Assembly (NCBI GenBank): GCA_021613535.1
Contig: CP075496.1
Location: 2,046,001 to 2,110,000 of the forward strand
Length of the DNA stretch: 64,000 nt
From: Adineta vaga
Lineage: Eukaryota > Animalia > Rotifera
Reading direction: 5' to 3'
Notes under the pieces: model-generated
Seen by the model: only the letters and a program-made list of their open reading frames with translations
The model's database searches: none
What the model was told of the DNA's origin: nothing
Translations under genes and position numbers: made by a program
Shown: positions 28,238 through 42,109 of the stretch, piece by piece
How the letters are laid out: each line of letters starts with the position of its first letter
Numbering within the stretch: position 1 is the first letter of the stretch

Positions 28238-29098
28238 ATGGCAACTTCACTTGATGGTACAAAAGGAAATATTGTGATATTAGGTGCAACCGGAAATACT
28301 GGTTTACAACTCGTTCAACAAGCACTTGAACGAAATTATAAAGTCACCGCTCTTGTGCGAAGTCCAGAAAAATTAGTACATATAGAAAATAAAAATCTTG
28401 AAGTAAATTATTTCACAATTGTCGGTTATATAAAGAATGAATAAGAAAATATCTATTTTAGGTTATCAAATGTGATTTAATGAATCCACTTGAATTAACT
28501 TCTCTATGGAAGGATGTACTGCTGTTCTATCTGCACTTGGCCAGCCCGGTTTACAAATATCAGCTATGACTTTCTATGAAGATTCAATGAAATCCATCGT
28601 ATCTGCAATGCGTAATGCAAAAGTCAAACGATTGATATGTGTAACTGCTTTCTATACTAAATGTAAATGATATTATTTTTTCACTAAAATATCTCTTATA
28701 TGATATTATGCATAATTTAGATCAACCTGAAATCTATCCATTTAAATTTAAACTCATTATTCGTCCAATGATTGGCCGTCATTTAGATTCGATGTTTATT
28801 ATGGAAGAATATCTTGAAAAAGAATGTCAAGATTTAGATTATACAATTGTTCGACCACCTCGTTTACTTGATGATCGTATGATTGGTAAGTAAAAGTCTA
28901 TTCTAAAACTAAAATCTCTTGAATATATTTCATTTAGAAAAAGAAGTTAAAGTCAATGAAAATGGATATTTTTTTCCTGATCAATCAACAGCTAATCGAA
29001 TACCACGAGCAAATGTTGCTCGTTTTATGTTAGACATTTTAAAGGATGAAAAATATCCTCGACAAGCTGTTGCAATTGATATGACGTCAGCAGCATAA
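28238..29098 (+). pseudogene. Flavin reductase/BLVRB-like NAD(P)H-binding protein with a 1-nt frameshift in exon 2 (pseudogene allele or sequence error)
   Basis: GATGNTG Rossmann motif, VTALVRSP, AVLSALG, LDYTIVRPP, IPRANVARF. Exon 2 changes frame at 28501-28506; read as written it stops at TGA 28567-28569. Confidence 0.75.
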
Positions 29099-29484
29099 AA
29101 ACAATCCATTGAATCTTTTAGTATATCTACATGTTATGCATACCTCTATTATCTAAATGTATTTAATCAAAGAAGAATGATGAATATTTTCTATGATTTC
29201 ATATCATTTTGTACAATAATGTACGACATCTTTCAGAATGACATGTTGATCTAGAGAAGAAAAAAAATGCTCCAATAAATTTCTTTCTTCGTCCTTTATT
29301 TCATTATATACACGCAGACAATGAGATGGTATGCACATCATGTAAAAGTAATTGGTTTTCTAAACATGTGAACATTTTCTTTTTCTATATATTTACACGC
29401 GCAACAAAAAAGATCATTTTATGAGATGTTGATCGGTAATTGATTTTTATTTTTGATTGGTTTTAGATAAATTATTGTTAAACA

Positions 29485-32287
29485 ATGGCTGCCGCTCAGC
29501 CAGCGTATGTATTTTTAATTATCTGAAAAAAAGTTCAAAAGAAAAAGATTTTCATTTTATTTAGTTATGATTATTCATCTTATGATTATGCTTATGATGG
29601 AAGTGCATCATCAGCATATCCAGCTTATGCCGGTTATGAAACAAGTGCTTCTTATGCACCACCAGGAACTTATGATGCATATGCAGCATCAGCAGCTTAT
29701 CCACCAAGTAAAATAGGTTTAATTAATAGAATTAAATTATACAAGTTGTCTACATTTTAGGTACCGAGGTTCACCTTACACAACTGTAGATCCATATTCT
29801 GGATATCCAACAACTGCCTATGCTTATCCAACATCTGCACCAGGTGCTCCAGCAGCAGCAGCAGCCAGTCAAGCATCATATTCTGCAACCTATGGGTCAT
29901 CGCCAACAACAGCTGGCTATACATATGATTCCAGACGTAGTACACCACCACCACCAGCATCTGCAGCTGCTCATTATGCTTCATATGATTATGCGTCAAG
30001 TGCTGCTGGTATATTCCTTTCAACAATCTCTATAAGGATATCATTTCTGTTTCTTTTTATTCTAGGTGCATATGCGAGTGCTCCGCCACCACCACCGCCA
30101 CCAGGTACAACCTATTCTCCATACAAAACTGGACATACAGCAAATGGTGCTTCATCAGCAAGTGCCTATTCAACTTATCCTGCTGCTGCTCCACCACCGC
30201 ATGGTGCATATGGCCTTCCTCCTGGTAGTCATCTATCGGGAACAATGGGTCCACCTCCTCCACCACCTCATGTTTATGGACCACCTCCATCAGCAGCTGG
30301 TATGATTCCTCGTCGTCCTGAATATTATTCTCCTGCTCCAATGCATCATTCAATGCATTATGTTCCACAACAACCTCAATCTCTGCACTACCGGTAAGTT
30401 CATCTTTCTAAAAGAAAAATTTTCCAGTCGAAGTTTGTTTGTTTGTTCAAACAATTTTGTTCTTCTATCGCTCATTTGATATTGTTATTTGTTTTTTTTC
30501 CGAAGTTTTTCGTTTTCATGTTTCGACAAAATGAAACAGTTGATCGTTTTTTGTGTTTCATGTAATATGTGTTTTAAATCAGTTGATATTCTATTCTTTC
30601 TACTTTCTAGGAACAAAAATTCAATCGGAATATTTCATTTTTCTCATTTTGAAATAACAACACATTTATCTCATTTTAGGTTGATTGATTGGATTAAGAA
30701 AGAAAGAAAGAAAAAACTAACGATAGTGTCATGTATTTTGTGATCGAAAATTTTTTGTAAATATGAAAACAAAAGAACGAATATGAACAGTGGTGTTTTT
30801 TCTTTTTGTTGTGTTAATTTCTTTTTTTTTCTTTTCTTTGACAAATTACCTTCACAACAATTATTGTTCTACTATCTTCTTGTATATTCCAGTTTGCCAC
30901 CGCGAGGGGGCTATCAACGTGAACTTGATGGTAAGTACTAAAGTCTCTTATGGTTTTTTGTTTTATTCTTCTGTTCATCTCTTTTTCCGCTCAGAAGTTT
31001 ATATTTTGTGTTTTTGCTTCCTTATTATAAGATATATTTCCCGTTAACAACAAAATGAGCAACTTAAGTTATTAATGAAAGTCATTTTAATGAGCAGATC
31101 TCTTTTCGTGTTTCAATGTATGTGTGATATATGAAAATAATCAAATGATGTTTAGCGTTCTTTCTATATAATATCTATTTCATCAGCGTTCGTGTTGATT
31201 TTATTCCGTGAAATGTTTTTTTTACTCAAAAGCGTCATGTTGAGTGTTGATATTTAACTATTCTCTTGGAAAAAATTGTTTTTCGAAAACTGATTCGTTT
31301 TTTTATAGAACCTGGTGATGAAAATGCTCTTCTACGTCATGTTATTTATGTAACTGGTTTACCGAAAGAAATTCAAAATGAAACATTAGCTGATGTTTTT
31401 TCTGGTGTTTGTGGAACGATTGCACCGGTATGAAGATCCTTGTCGAGAAATTGGTTTTTGTTGAATAAGATATTATTTAGGTCGATGTACGATCACCTAA
31501 ACCAAAAATTTGGGTTTATAAAGATCGGCAAACACGTGAAGGAAAAGGTGAAGCAACAATTACATTTATTAATCCAGAATCATGTCAAACAGCGATTAGT
31601 TATTTTGATGGTAAAGAATTGTTTGGTCGGGAAATTCGCGTTACATTATGTCCCAGACGTATGTATAATATGCAAAAACAAAATACACCGTTCAATCCTG
31701 CTGCACCTTCAAATAATTCCAATTCAATGATTAAACAAATCAATACAAATAATATTATTAATACAACTACAGCTGATAGTTCAACATCATCATCATTAGC
31801 GACTGCAGTAACAACTACAACAACTCCAGCATCACCGACAGCAGTTTCAACTTCTACAAATACATCAGTATCAACAACAACAACAACGACAGCAACATCA
31901 AAACCGACGACGCCAACGGTTACAGCTGCAAATCCAATTGCAACAATATCTTCATCAACACTTGGATTACCTCGGCAATTAAATCATTCCTTATTCAAAT
32001 TACGACAAACACCAGAGCAACAACGTGGTCTTTTACCTACTCCACCTATTCCTTAGTAAGAAAATTGAATCATTGAGAAGAAAATTCTTCATCATTTTCT
32101 TTAGTGGAACACCGATGATAGGTAATGTTGCTGGACAACGAGATGGTGTTCGAAAAGAATTACCTCGTATTGCCTTAAATAGGTAAGTCATCTTTATTGA
32201 TATCGATCTATTCTTTATGTCTTCCCATTTCATTCATGTAGAGGTAATTATAATAATCCAACTGGTGTTCGACCGAAACCTTATTAA
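29485..32287 (+). CDS. FET-family-like (FUS/EWS/TAF15/cabeza) RRM protein with Y/A/S/P-rich low-complexity N-terminus and PY-NLS
   Basis: RRM VIYVTGLP..PKIWVYKDRQTREGKGEATITF..AISYFDGKE has the FET-type signature. Tyr/Ala/Pro-rich N-terminal exons, a 39-nt micro-exon at ~30892-30930, and a C-terminus RPKPY*. Confidence 0.82.
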
Positions 32288-32864
32288 ACATAATTGTTTT
32301 CATAATTGTCTCATTTGTTAGCTTGTTGTGCATTTTTTTTTCTTTCTGTATACGTATGTGTGTGTTTGTTTGTTTGTGAACATATATTCAACAAAAAAAA
32401 AGGAAATCACTACGAAGATACTATTCATGTGCACATTGAAATCATTTTCATTATTTTCTAACAACGGATCATTTCCTTCAACAAGTCTATATTTAATTGA
32501 AGTTTTGTCTGAAAATAGTCGAAATTGTATCTAGACTCTTTATTTCATGCCGAATTTTCTATTCATCCTACAAAAGCCAAAAATAGAGTGAATGATGATT
32601 GTCTAAATTCGATGGACACATGCTTATTTTCTTAAGAATAACGATGTTAAATAGGTCCTCTGACCTCATCGTACTTTTTTTTGATAACAAAAATAGTGTA
32701 AGATTATTATTTAGTAGACTATTTTGCACAGATGTTAAGTTTTCTCAATCGTGCATTCTTTCCCATCAATGAAGACTCACAATAATTTAAGATTTGCTCT
32801 TCGACGTTTATTATCTAGATTCCTTTCAACGAAGGAAAGTCAGTAGGTGTGTGCATCAACAACC

Positions 32865-34908
32865 ATGTTATGTCGTATAACACTTCCTATTATATGTCTT
32901 GCTATTTCAGCAATTCATGCTGATGAATTTCTTCCTGGTTTGTGTTTTTATCTTCATTGAATTATTTGTTAATTGAAACCATCTGTTATTATAGTTCATG
33001 GTACCCGAGCATCTGAAATATGTTACGATGAATATGGATGTTTCACGACTGCTAAACCATTTGGTAGAAATTGAATTAGTTTTTTTAATTTTAAAAGCTA
33101 TCTATATGTAAAATAGGTGGAACATTACAAAGACCATTTTCTATGTTACCTAATTCAGTAATATTAACATTTGATTTAAATTTATATTCATCGTTGATAG
33201 CTTTTAGCCTAGTGCTATTCGTACTAAATTCTATTTATATACGAAAGAAACACGAAAAAATCGTACGGAAATTAGTCGATCTACTACTCTTGGCCCATGG
33301 AAGGCAAGCAAACCAACAAAATTCTTCATTCATGGTTTTTTGGATAGTACAGATAATAAACCATGGTGGCTCGATATGAAAAATGCTCTTCTCCAAGTTG
33401 TATGTATTAGTTACTTGACTCTGTAAAGATCATTCATCGTCATTTATTTAGGATGATGTTAACGTTATTTTAGTCGATTGGTCAAAAGGAAATGGTTTTC
33501 CCTATACGAAAGCTACAGCTAATACTCAAGTTGTTGGTGCTGAAATCGCTTTGCTTATCAAATATATGATGGAGATATATGGTGCAAGAGCTGCAGACTT
33601 TCATATTATTGGTCATTCACTTGGTAGTCATATTGCTGGATATGTTGGAAATGGAGTTCCCGGTCTTGGTAGAATTTCAGGTAATCAATTCTTCACTTCA
33701 TATATTGATCTAATCTTTTGTAATCTGATTATTTAGGCTTAGATCCTGCTGGTCCTTATTTTGAAAATACTGATCCAGCTGTTCGTCTTGATCCTACTGA
33801 TGCTCTATTTGTTGATGTTATTCATACTGATGGTACTCGCAATCTTCTTCTTGGACTTGGTACGTAGCATATATTTCATATTTTCATTCATTATTATTGA
33901 CTTCTTTAAGGTACCCTTCAACGTATGGGTCATGTTGATTTTTATCCTAATGGCGGTTATAATCAACCAAAATGTTCGAAAACATCAGGCAAAATCGTTA
34001 ATCTTATTTTTCAACTGAGCACAATGAATGTTGAAGGTATCTTCATTCATATTTAAGAAAATGATATTTATGATTGATTGATGTATCTACATAGGTTTTT
34101 TTATGACATCATTATGCAGTCATATGGCTGCTGTTTATTTCTATACGGATACAATGCGTAATCAATGTCCATATGTTGGTTTTTCATGTTCTGATTTTGA
34201 TGAATTTGATTCGGGTAGATGTTCACTTAAATGTGATGGTAATCAAAATCAATGTAATCGTATGGGTTATTGGACTTCATCCAGCAGTGGTAAAGGTGAT
34301 CTTTATTTAAAAACACAAGATGCTAATGCTTATCCATTTTGCGGTAAGTTTAATTTGTCTTCGAAAATGATTGAAAATCTTAAATATCTTGTCGTTGTTG
34401 TTGTTTTTCTCTAGTCAATCATTATCAAGTTACTCTTCAATCAGGTTCAGCATATTCAAAAACACGCGGTATTGTTACGTTGAAATTGGTTGGTACTCGT
34501 GAAACAGTTTCTGTTCTATTCGATGAGTATGTAAATGCAAAATGAGATTTTGTTTTCTTACTTTGTAATTTCTCAATCAATTCTCTAGTGGTGCTACAAC
34601 ATTTACAAGTGGTTCAACTGAAACACGTTTTATCCCTTTGACTGTTGATATTGGTGAAGTCAAAGAAATCGAAATTGATTTTCAAAAAAAAGCTAATTTA
34701 GCTACAACATTATTATATTCCAACTCATGGGCATTCACTAAAGCTACAGTTTTCGATGGTGATAATCAAAGAAGGTCTGTATAGATATTCTCAAAAACAA
34801 ACAACAACATGACAAAAAAATCTTTTTTTCCATTATTTTAGCCGTACTTTCTGTACTACTGATCCAATTGATTTACCTGATTCTAAAATGCGATTTGCTT
34901 CATGTTAA
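32865..34908 (+). CDS. Pancreatic lipase-related secreted lipase with C-terminal PLAT domain
   Basis: Signal peptide, [25 protein letters not shown] (nucleophile Ser), GLDPAGP (Asp), [19 protein letters not shown] (His), PLAT beginning NHYQV. Confidence 0.94.
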
Positions 34909-35884
34909 GAAATCTATCAATTTTAAAAATAAAGATAAATGTGATCATGCATATATTAAGTTTTCAAAATCTACTTGTCATTGAATAAAATTCTCTTGTT
35001 TACTTTTAATTGAAGATAAAATAGATTCATTTTTTATCTAAGTACCGACAAACCTTCGTTGTTATTATTAGATATCTATTCGAAAATATACCTAAACAAC
35101 CTTGTGATTGTTTTATTTGATTGTGTTGAGTCAGCTCGAGGCATATGTGAAGAGAATAAACGCAATAATAATTGTCGATATAATTATAGACGGAATATAT
35201 ATATAAATATCGTCTGATTTCTAACCGGTTTTCAGCGTCCTCTTCTGTTGAAAACTCTCTCCCAATCAAGCCGTTTTACAAAATAAAGCAGAAGAAAAAC
35301 AACAACTGATAAAGGTCAAAAAGAACAACAAAAGATTAATCTCTTATATGAACTATATGTCTTCAATCACGTTTTTGAAGTCAGTGGGTGCATTTGATTA
35401 CATGTTCATTTTCATACTTTTCAAATTAAATAAAAAAAATTCATCTAACAGATATATTATTGTTTTTTTAAATTGTACTAAGAATAATTAAATGGTATAT
35501 ATTTGTACTTAAATAACATAGTCACTCGAGCATAAATGGACGATGATATAAGAAGAAGATTCGATTGTTCTTCGTATTCGTATTTTCAAATCACATATTT
35601 TTTCTTTTATCATCAAGATCGAAGGAGAAGGATGGAGAACAAAAACACATTACTTCGTTTTACTTTCACAGCATTAAGTAAAACGACATCGTACTGGTAA
35701 GATTCATTGACTAGAAGAACTAACAGTGCACGTTGTATGCACGAAATATATATCTTATTATTTAAATAATAACTACTTTGCTGAATATTTTCATTCGTAA
35801 GATAGTCCTGATAATGATTCTTGTTTATCATAAAAAAACATAAGCCAATAGAAAGAAAGCGTATGTTGCACTGAATGATCTTGA

Positions 35885-35914
35885 TTACGTAACCATCCGT
35901 TTGGATATAAAAAG
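35885..35914 (+). promoter_or_regulatory. PAR-bZIP/D-box (TTACGTAA) next to a TATA box upstream of catalase
   Basis: ATTACGTAAC at 35884-35893 fits RTTAYGTAAY. TATAAAAAG at 35906-35914, about 45 nt before the ATG. Motif match only. Confidence 0.45.
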
Positions 35915-35959
35915 AAGCGTTTCTTTTTTTAGAGTATTTTTTTTCTTTGATTATTCATT

Positions 35960-38130
35960 ATGGCTAATACAAAGCAACCAGAAATGAAAGAACCAGGTCC
36001 ATCGGACAATCAATTACTAGATTTTAAAAAATCGAATGTAAGTTCAGATGGTGTTCGTTGGAATGAAAACTTGAAATTTCTCATTCGTAGAAAACTGAAC
36101 AATTAACAACTGGTTTTGGTCGTCCTATTAGTGAACGAACGACTGTGGTTACAGTTGGCCCTCGAGGACCATTGTTACTTCAGGATTTCCATTATATTGA
36201 AGATACACAACGATTTGATCGTGAACGAATTCCTGAACGTGTTGTTCATGCCAAAGGGTACTTAAACTTTTCTTTTCTCTTCATTAAATATTTACAATAG
36301 GAATATGATTGAATATCTAGTGGCGGTGCTTTTGGTGTATTTGAAGCAACAGATGATATATCAGATATTTGTAAATCTGCTGTATTTAAAAAAGGCACAA
36401 AAACTCGTATGTTGGCACGTTTTTCTACAGTTGGTATGTAATGAGTTTGAAAAACTGTTTTGAGTATGTTTTTTGTACGATATGAAATTCTATTTAGCCG
36501 GTGAAAGTGGTTCAGCTGATACAGTTCGTGATCCACGTGGTTTCGCACTGAAATTTTATACTGATGAAGGTTTGTTGTTTACTTTTGAAAATGAAAGACA
36601 AATGTTCATTTCTTTTAGGTCTTTGGGATATGGTTTGCAATAATACTCCCATCTTTTTTGTGCGTGATCCATTCTTAGTATGTTTTTATTTATGAATAAT
36701 TTTTGAAAATATTTTATTCGTTTTCTAAAGTTTCAAATGTTTATTCATTCACAAAAACGTAATCCTGAAACTCATTTGAAAGATCCAAATATGGTTTGGG
36801 ATTTCTTTGCCAACACTCCACAAGCTACTCATCAAGTAATATGATTGCTCTGAAATTAAGACAATTAAATCATTTTTCTTTATTCGATAGTTTTTATTTC
36901 TTTATTCTGATCGTGGTGTACCTGATGGTTTTCGTCATATGCATGGTTATAGTTCTCATACATTCAAAATGGTCAATGCTAAAGATGAATTTGTTTGGGT
37001 GAAATTTCATTTTCGAGTAAGATTTTTCCTTAGTTTTAGAATAGATTTATTCTTAGTGTTTAATTGTTCTTTAGTGTGATCAAGGCATCAAAAATATTGA
37101 TCCTGCTCGAGCTAAAGTCTTAGCAGGCGAACAACCGGATTATGCACTTGCTGATCTTTATAATGCGATCGCGAAAAAAGATTATCCAAGTTGGACATTA
37201 TATCTTCAAGTATGAACGAAACGAAGTTTTCTTCATGTTAATTAATATCACTATGATCTCTAGGTTTTTACTCATGAACAAGCACAAAAAATGTCATTTA
37301 ATCCATTTGATTTAACTAAAGTCGTTTCTCAAAAAGAATTTCCTTTACGTCGTGTTGGTAAAATGACATTGAACGAAAATCCGGAAAATTATTTTGCACA
37401 AATTGAACAAGCTGCTTTCTCACCAGCACATATGCCACCGGGCATTGAAGCATCACCAGACAAAATGTTACAAGTAAACGAAATAAATGCATACTATTGA
37501 ATTTTAATTCTATATTTCTTAGGGCCGTTTATTTTCCTATGCTGATACACATCTTCATCGTCTCGGTACAAATTATCTTCAAATTCCTGTCAATAATCCT
37601 GAAACCAATAAACATGTGAAAGTTTGTACTTATCAACGTGATGGTGCCATGCAAGTTGGAGATAATTTTGGTACGTATTCAGAAAATTCAGCACTGAATG
37701 AAAAACGTTTTGATGACCTTTTTTGGTTTGTTTGCAGGCGGTCGTCCTAATTATTATCAAAATACTTTTCATGGACCAGAAGTATCTGATCGAAGTAAAC
37801 ATCTTGAACATGCAACATTTGAATCAGGCTTAGCAGCAAGACACGAAGCAAATGATGATGATAATTATTCTCAACCAAGAGTTTTTTATCAAGTAATTAA
37901 AAACAATCTTTCTATTGAATTTTATATGAGAAATTCATTTGTTTTCTTTGCTTTAGAAAGTATTGGATGATCGTGGTCGTGCACATTTAATTCAAAATAT
38001 TGTCGAACATTTACAACAATGTACAGATAAAGATATTATTCGTCGATCCGTTGCTGTTTTCGCTAATGTTGACAATGATTTTGGTAAACAATTAGCAACA
38101 AAACTTAAAGTTGAATTACCAAGCAAATAA
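35960..38130 (+). CDS. cat: Monofunctional heme catalase
   Basis: [25 protein letters not shown] (distal His), RFSTVAGE, RDPRGFA, NNTPIFF (Asn), [17 protein letters not shown] (proximal Tyr). About 12 exons. Confidence 0.97.
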
Positions 38131-39609
38131 GTATGTTCTACATTCTTCGAATATATCTTTATTAATCTTATAATCTTTTTCTAGTTAATCTCAATACTTT
38201 GTTCATTTCTCTCGACAATTTATCTCTTAATATACAATATTGTTCATGGAATTTATCATTAACACGACAAAACAAAACAAAAAAGAATGACGTTAAACTC
38301 TTTGTTCTTTCATGCAATTTTTCTCTGTTTCACTCTGTTCTGTTGTATTTTAATCCAGCAAAAGATTATTTTAAACCTTTAACTTTATCTATTCCGTGTA
38401 TTCTTTATTCTAGTAAATGTATATCAAGATTTTTTAGATAAAAATCTGCATATTTATCATGATCAATATTTTTTTCATAAAACAAATTCAGTTCAATTCC
38501 TCATATTATATCGCAATAGAAATGATGATTTCCGTCGGAAATTGTTCATTTCGATCAACGGAAATGATAGTTCTACCTTTTTCCAGTCCATAAATATCGA
38601 TTAGATAATATTAAAGAAATCTTCGACCTAAATTGATAGTGCACATTTTCTTTTTGTTCTGTATGAAATAAAAATATCTTCGAACGTTCTTCATTGTCCT
38701 TGAGCATCTACGTCGATAACATACTGTTTCTATCTCTTTCTAATAAAAAATTAATTAAAAATATTTATGATGTGTTTAATATCATTTATTAGTTTTTTCT
38801 TTTTTCTTTCAACGATTCCTTTGAGAAATAAATATTAGCTTGAATGAAACATCAACTAATTGTCTATATTTCGTCAACGTAAATTATCTTCAGCATCATA
38901 GATAATTAGTCTTTTGTTTAAGAATAGCTTTGTCAAAATCAACGATATGTGTGACCACCACCCTATTTGACGTCATGCAATCAAATTCATCAAAAATGAA
39001 AAATGTGTTCGATTTAGTCAGGATTTTCACCTTGCTTTTTCTTTTAACTTTATTTTTGTTGACATGAATCATTTAGATCAATGACTCAAAAGAATCGGCT
39101 AATATGCAGTTTCATTTATGTCTTGTTTTTTCGTAATATCTACAATATTTTTTGATTTCTTTCGTCATCATATATACGAATTAAAAAGAAGAAAGAAAAA
39201 AAGGCTATGTAACGACGGTGGGCGACGGTCGACGTCATTTGTATACACATAAATCTATTTCATACATTTCTGTTTTACAGGTAAAAACTTACAAAAATAA
39301 CGACGAAATAAAAACAATCTCTCGCAAATATCGACGGCAAATAGAAGAAAAAAAAATTAATATGAAAATGAGAGAGCCAATGAGAGAGGAAAACAGAGAC
39401 AGAGAAAGAGACAGAGAAAAAAAAATAGAAAGAAAAGGTAATAATGTATATACAACAACCTTCGACTCTCTTCATTCATTTGTTTTTTGCATAAAGCAGT
39501 GCGTGCATTTACTTTCTAAACGCTAGCGTTCGTTCTCTACTCTCTTCAACTGCTGGACAGTTTCGAAGAAAAAATTTTTTCGTCGTTGAACGACTTACGT
39601 GCCGAGCAC

Positions 39610-41676
39610 ATGTCTCAACAACAAACTATTCAAAACGTAAGCTAAATATATCACTAAGAACATTCGCAAATGGATCATATTTCTTCTTTTTTCTTCGAAT
39701 TTTCTCTAGCATTCGTTTTCGACATCAAATACTGTGGCTAATTCGAGCAATGAATCGAACAGTACGCCATACAAACGACGTCAACAAACGAATCAAGCTC
39801 TGGAAGCATTAGGTCAACTTATTAAAGATTCTTCTACTGATGATGTTGACACTAAACTTAATAAAAATGATGTACTCAGTTTAACCTTAGCTCGTCTTCT
39901 TCGTCGTAGATATTGGTCATCTAATCTTGCTAATAGTAAATATTCTTTTCAAATGAAATTTTAATAAACATTCGATCCGTTCTTCTTCGTCTAGGAAATG
40001 TTCAATTAACAGCTGGCATTGAAAATACATCTATGGTTGATGATCTTAATGGTTTCATTCTTGTATTGAATACACAAGGTCGAATTATCGTATTAAGCGA
40101 CAATATTGAACAATATCTACGTAAAAATGTTGTATGTATTTCATAATAAAATCAAAATATAGTTGACAAAGATTTTTATTTCTATTTAAAGCGATCACTT
40201 TATCCACAATTAACAAGCATTTATGATTGCATTAATCAAGATGACCATGAAGCAATTCAACGAATTTTATCTACACCTACGAGCGAAGAACAACGAATTA
40301 TTTGTACTTGGAATTTACCACGAGGAAAACGGCCAAGTCGTACACATACGGAATCAAAAGTAAAATAAATGAGAAAATAATTGAAAAAAACAACAAAATT
40401 GGTTCTCCTTTTTTTTTCTTCTTTTCAGTCAATGTTAATGACAGGTCATTTCTTTTCCATTAAAACTGACGATAATGTCGAACAACAAGAACCTTTATTT
40501 ATCGCAAGATGCGAACAAATTCTTTCAAGTACACCAAATATTCCAACAAATGCACTTGGATTGACAAGTCCAACAACACTTCGTTTTGTTCTCACAGATC
40601 AATTAAATATTAGTGAAATATCATCAAAGTTAGTGAAGATTTTATGGCGTTGTTGTATTCTCATGATTTTTCTATTTTAGTACGGAATCTTTATTGGGTT
40701 ATAAAGCCGATGAATTAATCGATCAATCAATAAAACGTTTGATTGCAACAGAAAATATTCATGAATTAGAGCAGGCTCGACAAAATTGCAGTATGTTTTT
40801 CATTTTGTTTTGTTTTTCTTGATTCAATTGATGTGCTTTTGTTTTCGTTTAGTCTTGGGTCAGCATTATACAACGATGAATGTTCTTGATTTTTATACAC
40901 GTGATGGAAATCGTTTAAGTTTTCTTTGTAATACTCATATGTTAGTCGAAGGTCGACGAAAAGCAATAAAACTTGGCTTTTTAGCACAACTGATTGAGTA
41001 AAAACTCCTTGAATTCATTGGAAAATAAATTATTTCTTTCTCATTTGTTTTAGTCCTTCAATCAAACATGAATGTGCTTTGTACGCGAATAAACAAAATC
41101 TTGACCGATTAAAATCAACTTTTCCACAAAGTACAGCTTATTTATCGAATATCAATACAAACACATCTGAAACAACAAATATTCTTTTATGTAAGATAAC
41201 ATTATGTCTTTCTCAATCATATCCTCTATTTCTGTATTATAGCAAATACTGAACAATGTTTAAATTTAAATTATATTCCATCGGTCTGTCCCGTACCGGT
41301 TGTTATTCCTCAACGACGAAAACGTCGACGACCAAATCAATCAATAATTAAAAGTGAACCAATTCAATATATTGATCACGCGCCATATACTCCTCAATTA
41401 ATCGATGATTTAAATGAATCTCAAAATGGTTCATATGATAATCTTGCATCTCTATCATCATCATCATCATCATTATCGGCCTCGCCTATTCAAGAACTTG
41501 GCCATATCGATGAATCCTATCAATTCATTGAAGATATTTTTCAAGACGACGAAAAAATCAAATTCATTCATGATTTTCCGTCAATTGATGATGTTAATGA
41601 CATTTTCGGTCTACAAAATAATCAACAATACGCCTTAATGACGCCCACCATGTCATCATTAAGTTTTTTTGCTTAA
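39610..41676 (+). CDS. Divergent bHLH-PAS transcription factor (AhR/NPAS4/SIM-like class)
   Basis: bHLH-like KRRQQTNQALEALGQLI..KLNKNDVLSLT. PAS-A LNGFILVLNTQGRIIVLSDNIEQYL..SIYDCINQDD. PAS-B LLGYKADELIDQS. Basic NLS RRKRRRP and acidic C-terminus. Confidence 0.8.
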
Positions 41677-42109
41677 GAATCATGCTTACTTTTCTCTTTT
41701 CTTTTCTTTCTAAAATTTATTTTAATCACACCTCTGTACAGTTCGTTGAACGACTGATTCTTCTCTATTAATTTTTCTTTCTTCTAAGTTGTTTTCTTGT
41801 TCGTTAGCTGTAGGAGTAATGTTAATAATGATCAAGGATTCTTCAATCGATGAGCCGGTCTCAATCGATGAAATCTAAATAATTATTATTTTCATTCTCA
41901 ATACAATCTATCTTTTTTTCTCTCAACTACACCACGATTATATATTCCTTTTTAAAAAGAATAAACAAAAAACTTTCTATTCTTTTTCTTCTTTACCAGT
42001 ATATATGACATTGAGTGAATAAAGAAAAGAGCTTGTTCGTTTTCTTCTCATCTTTAAAATATATATATTTCATTAATAAAAAAAAAGAAACACAAAGATA
42101 TTCATTATA

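Noticed and set aside
29757-30368. His/Gln-rich ORFs in the ORF track
   Set aside because: Off-frame and antisense shadows of the Tyr/Ala/Pro-rich FET exons.
30470-31060. GCTCATTT / AAATGAGC pairing around the FET micro-exon
   Set aside because: 8 bp in AT-rich sequence is within chance expectation.
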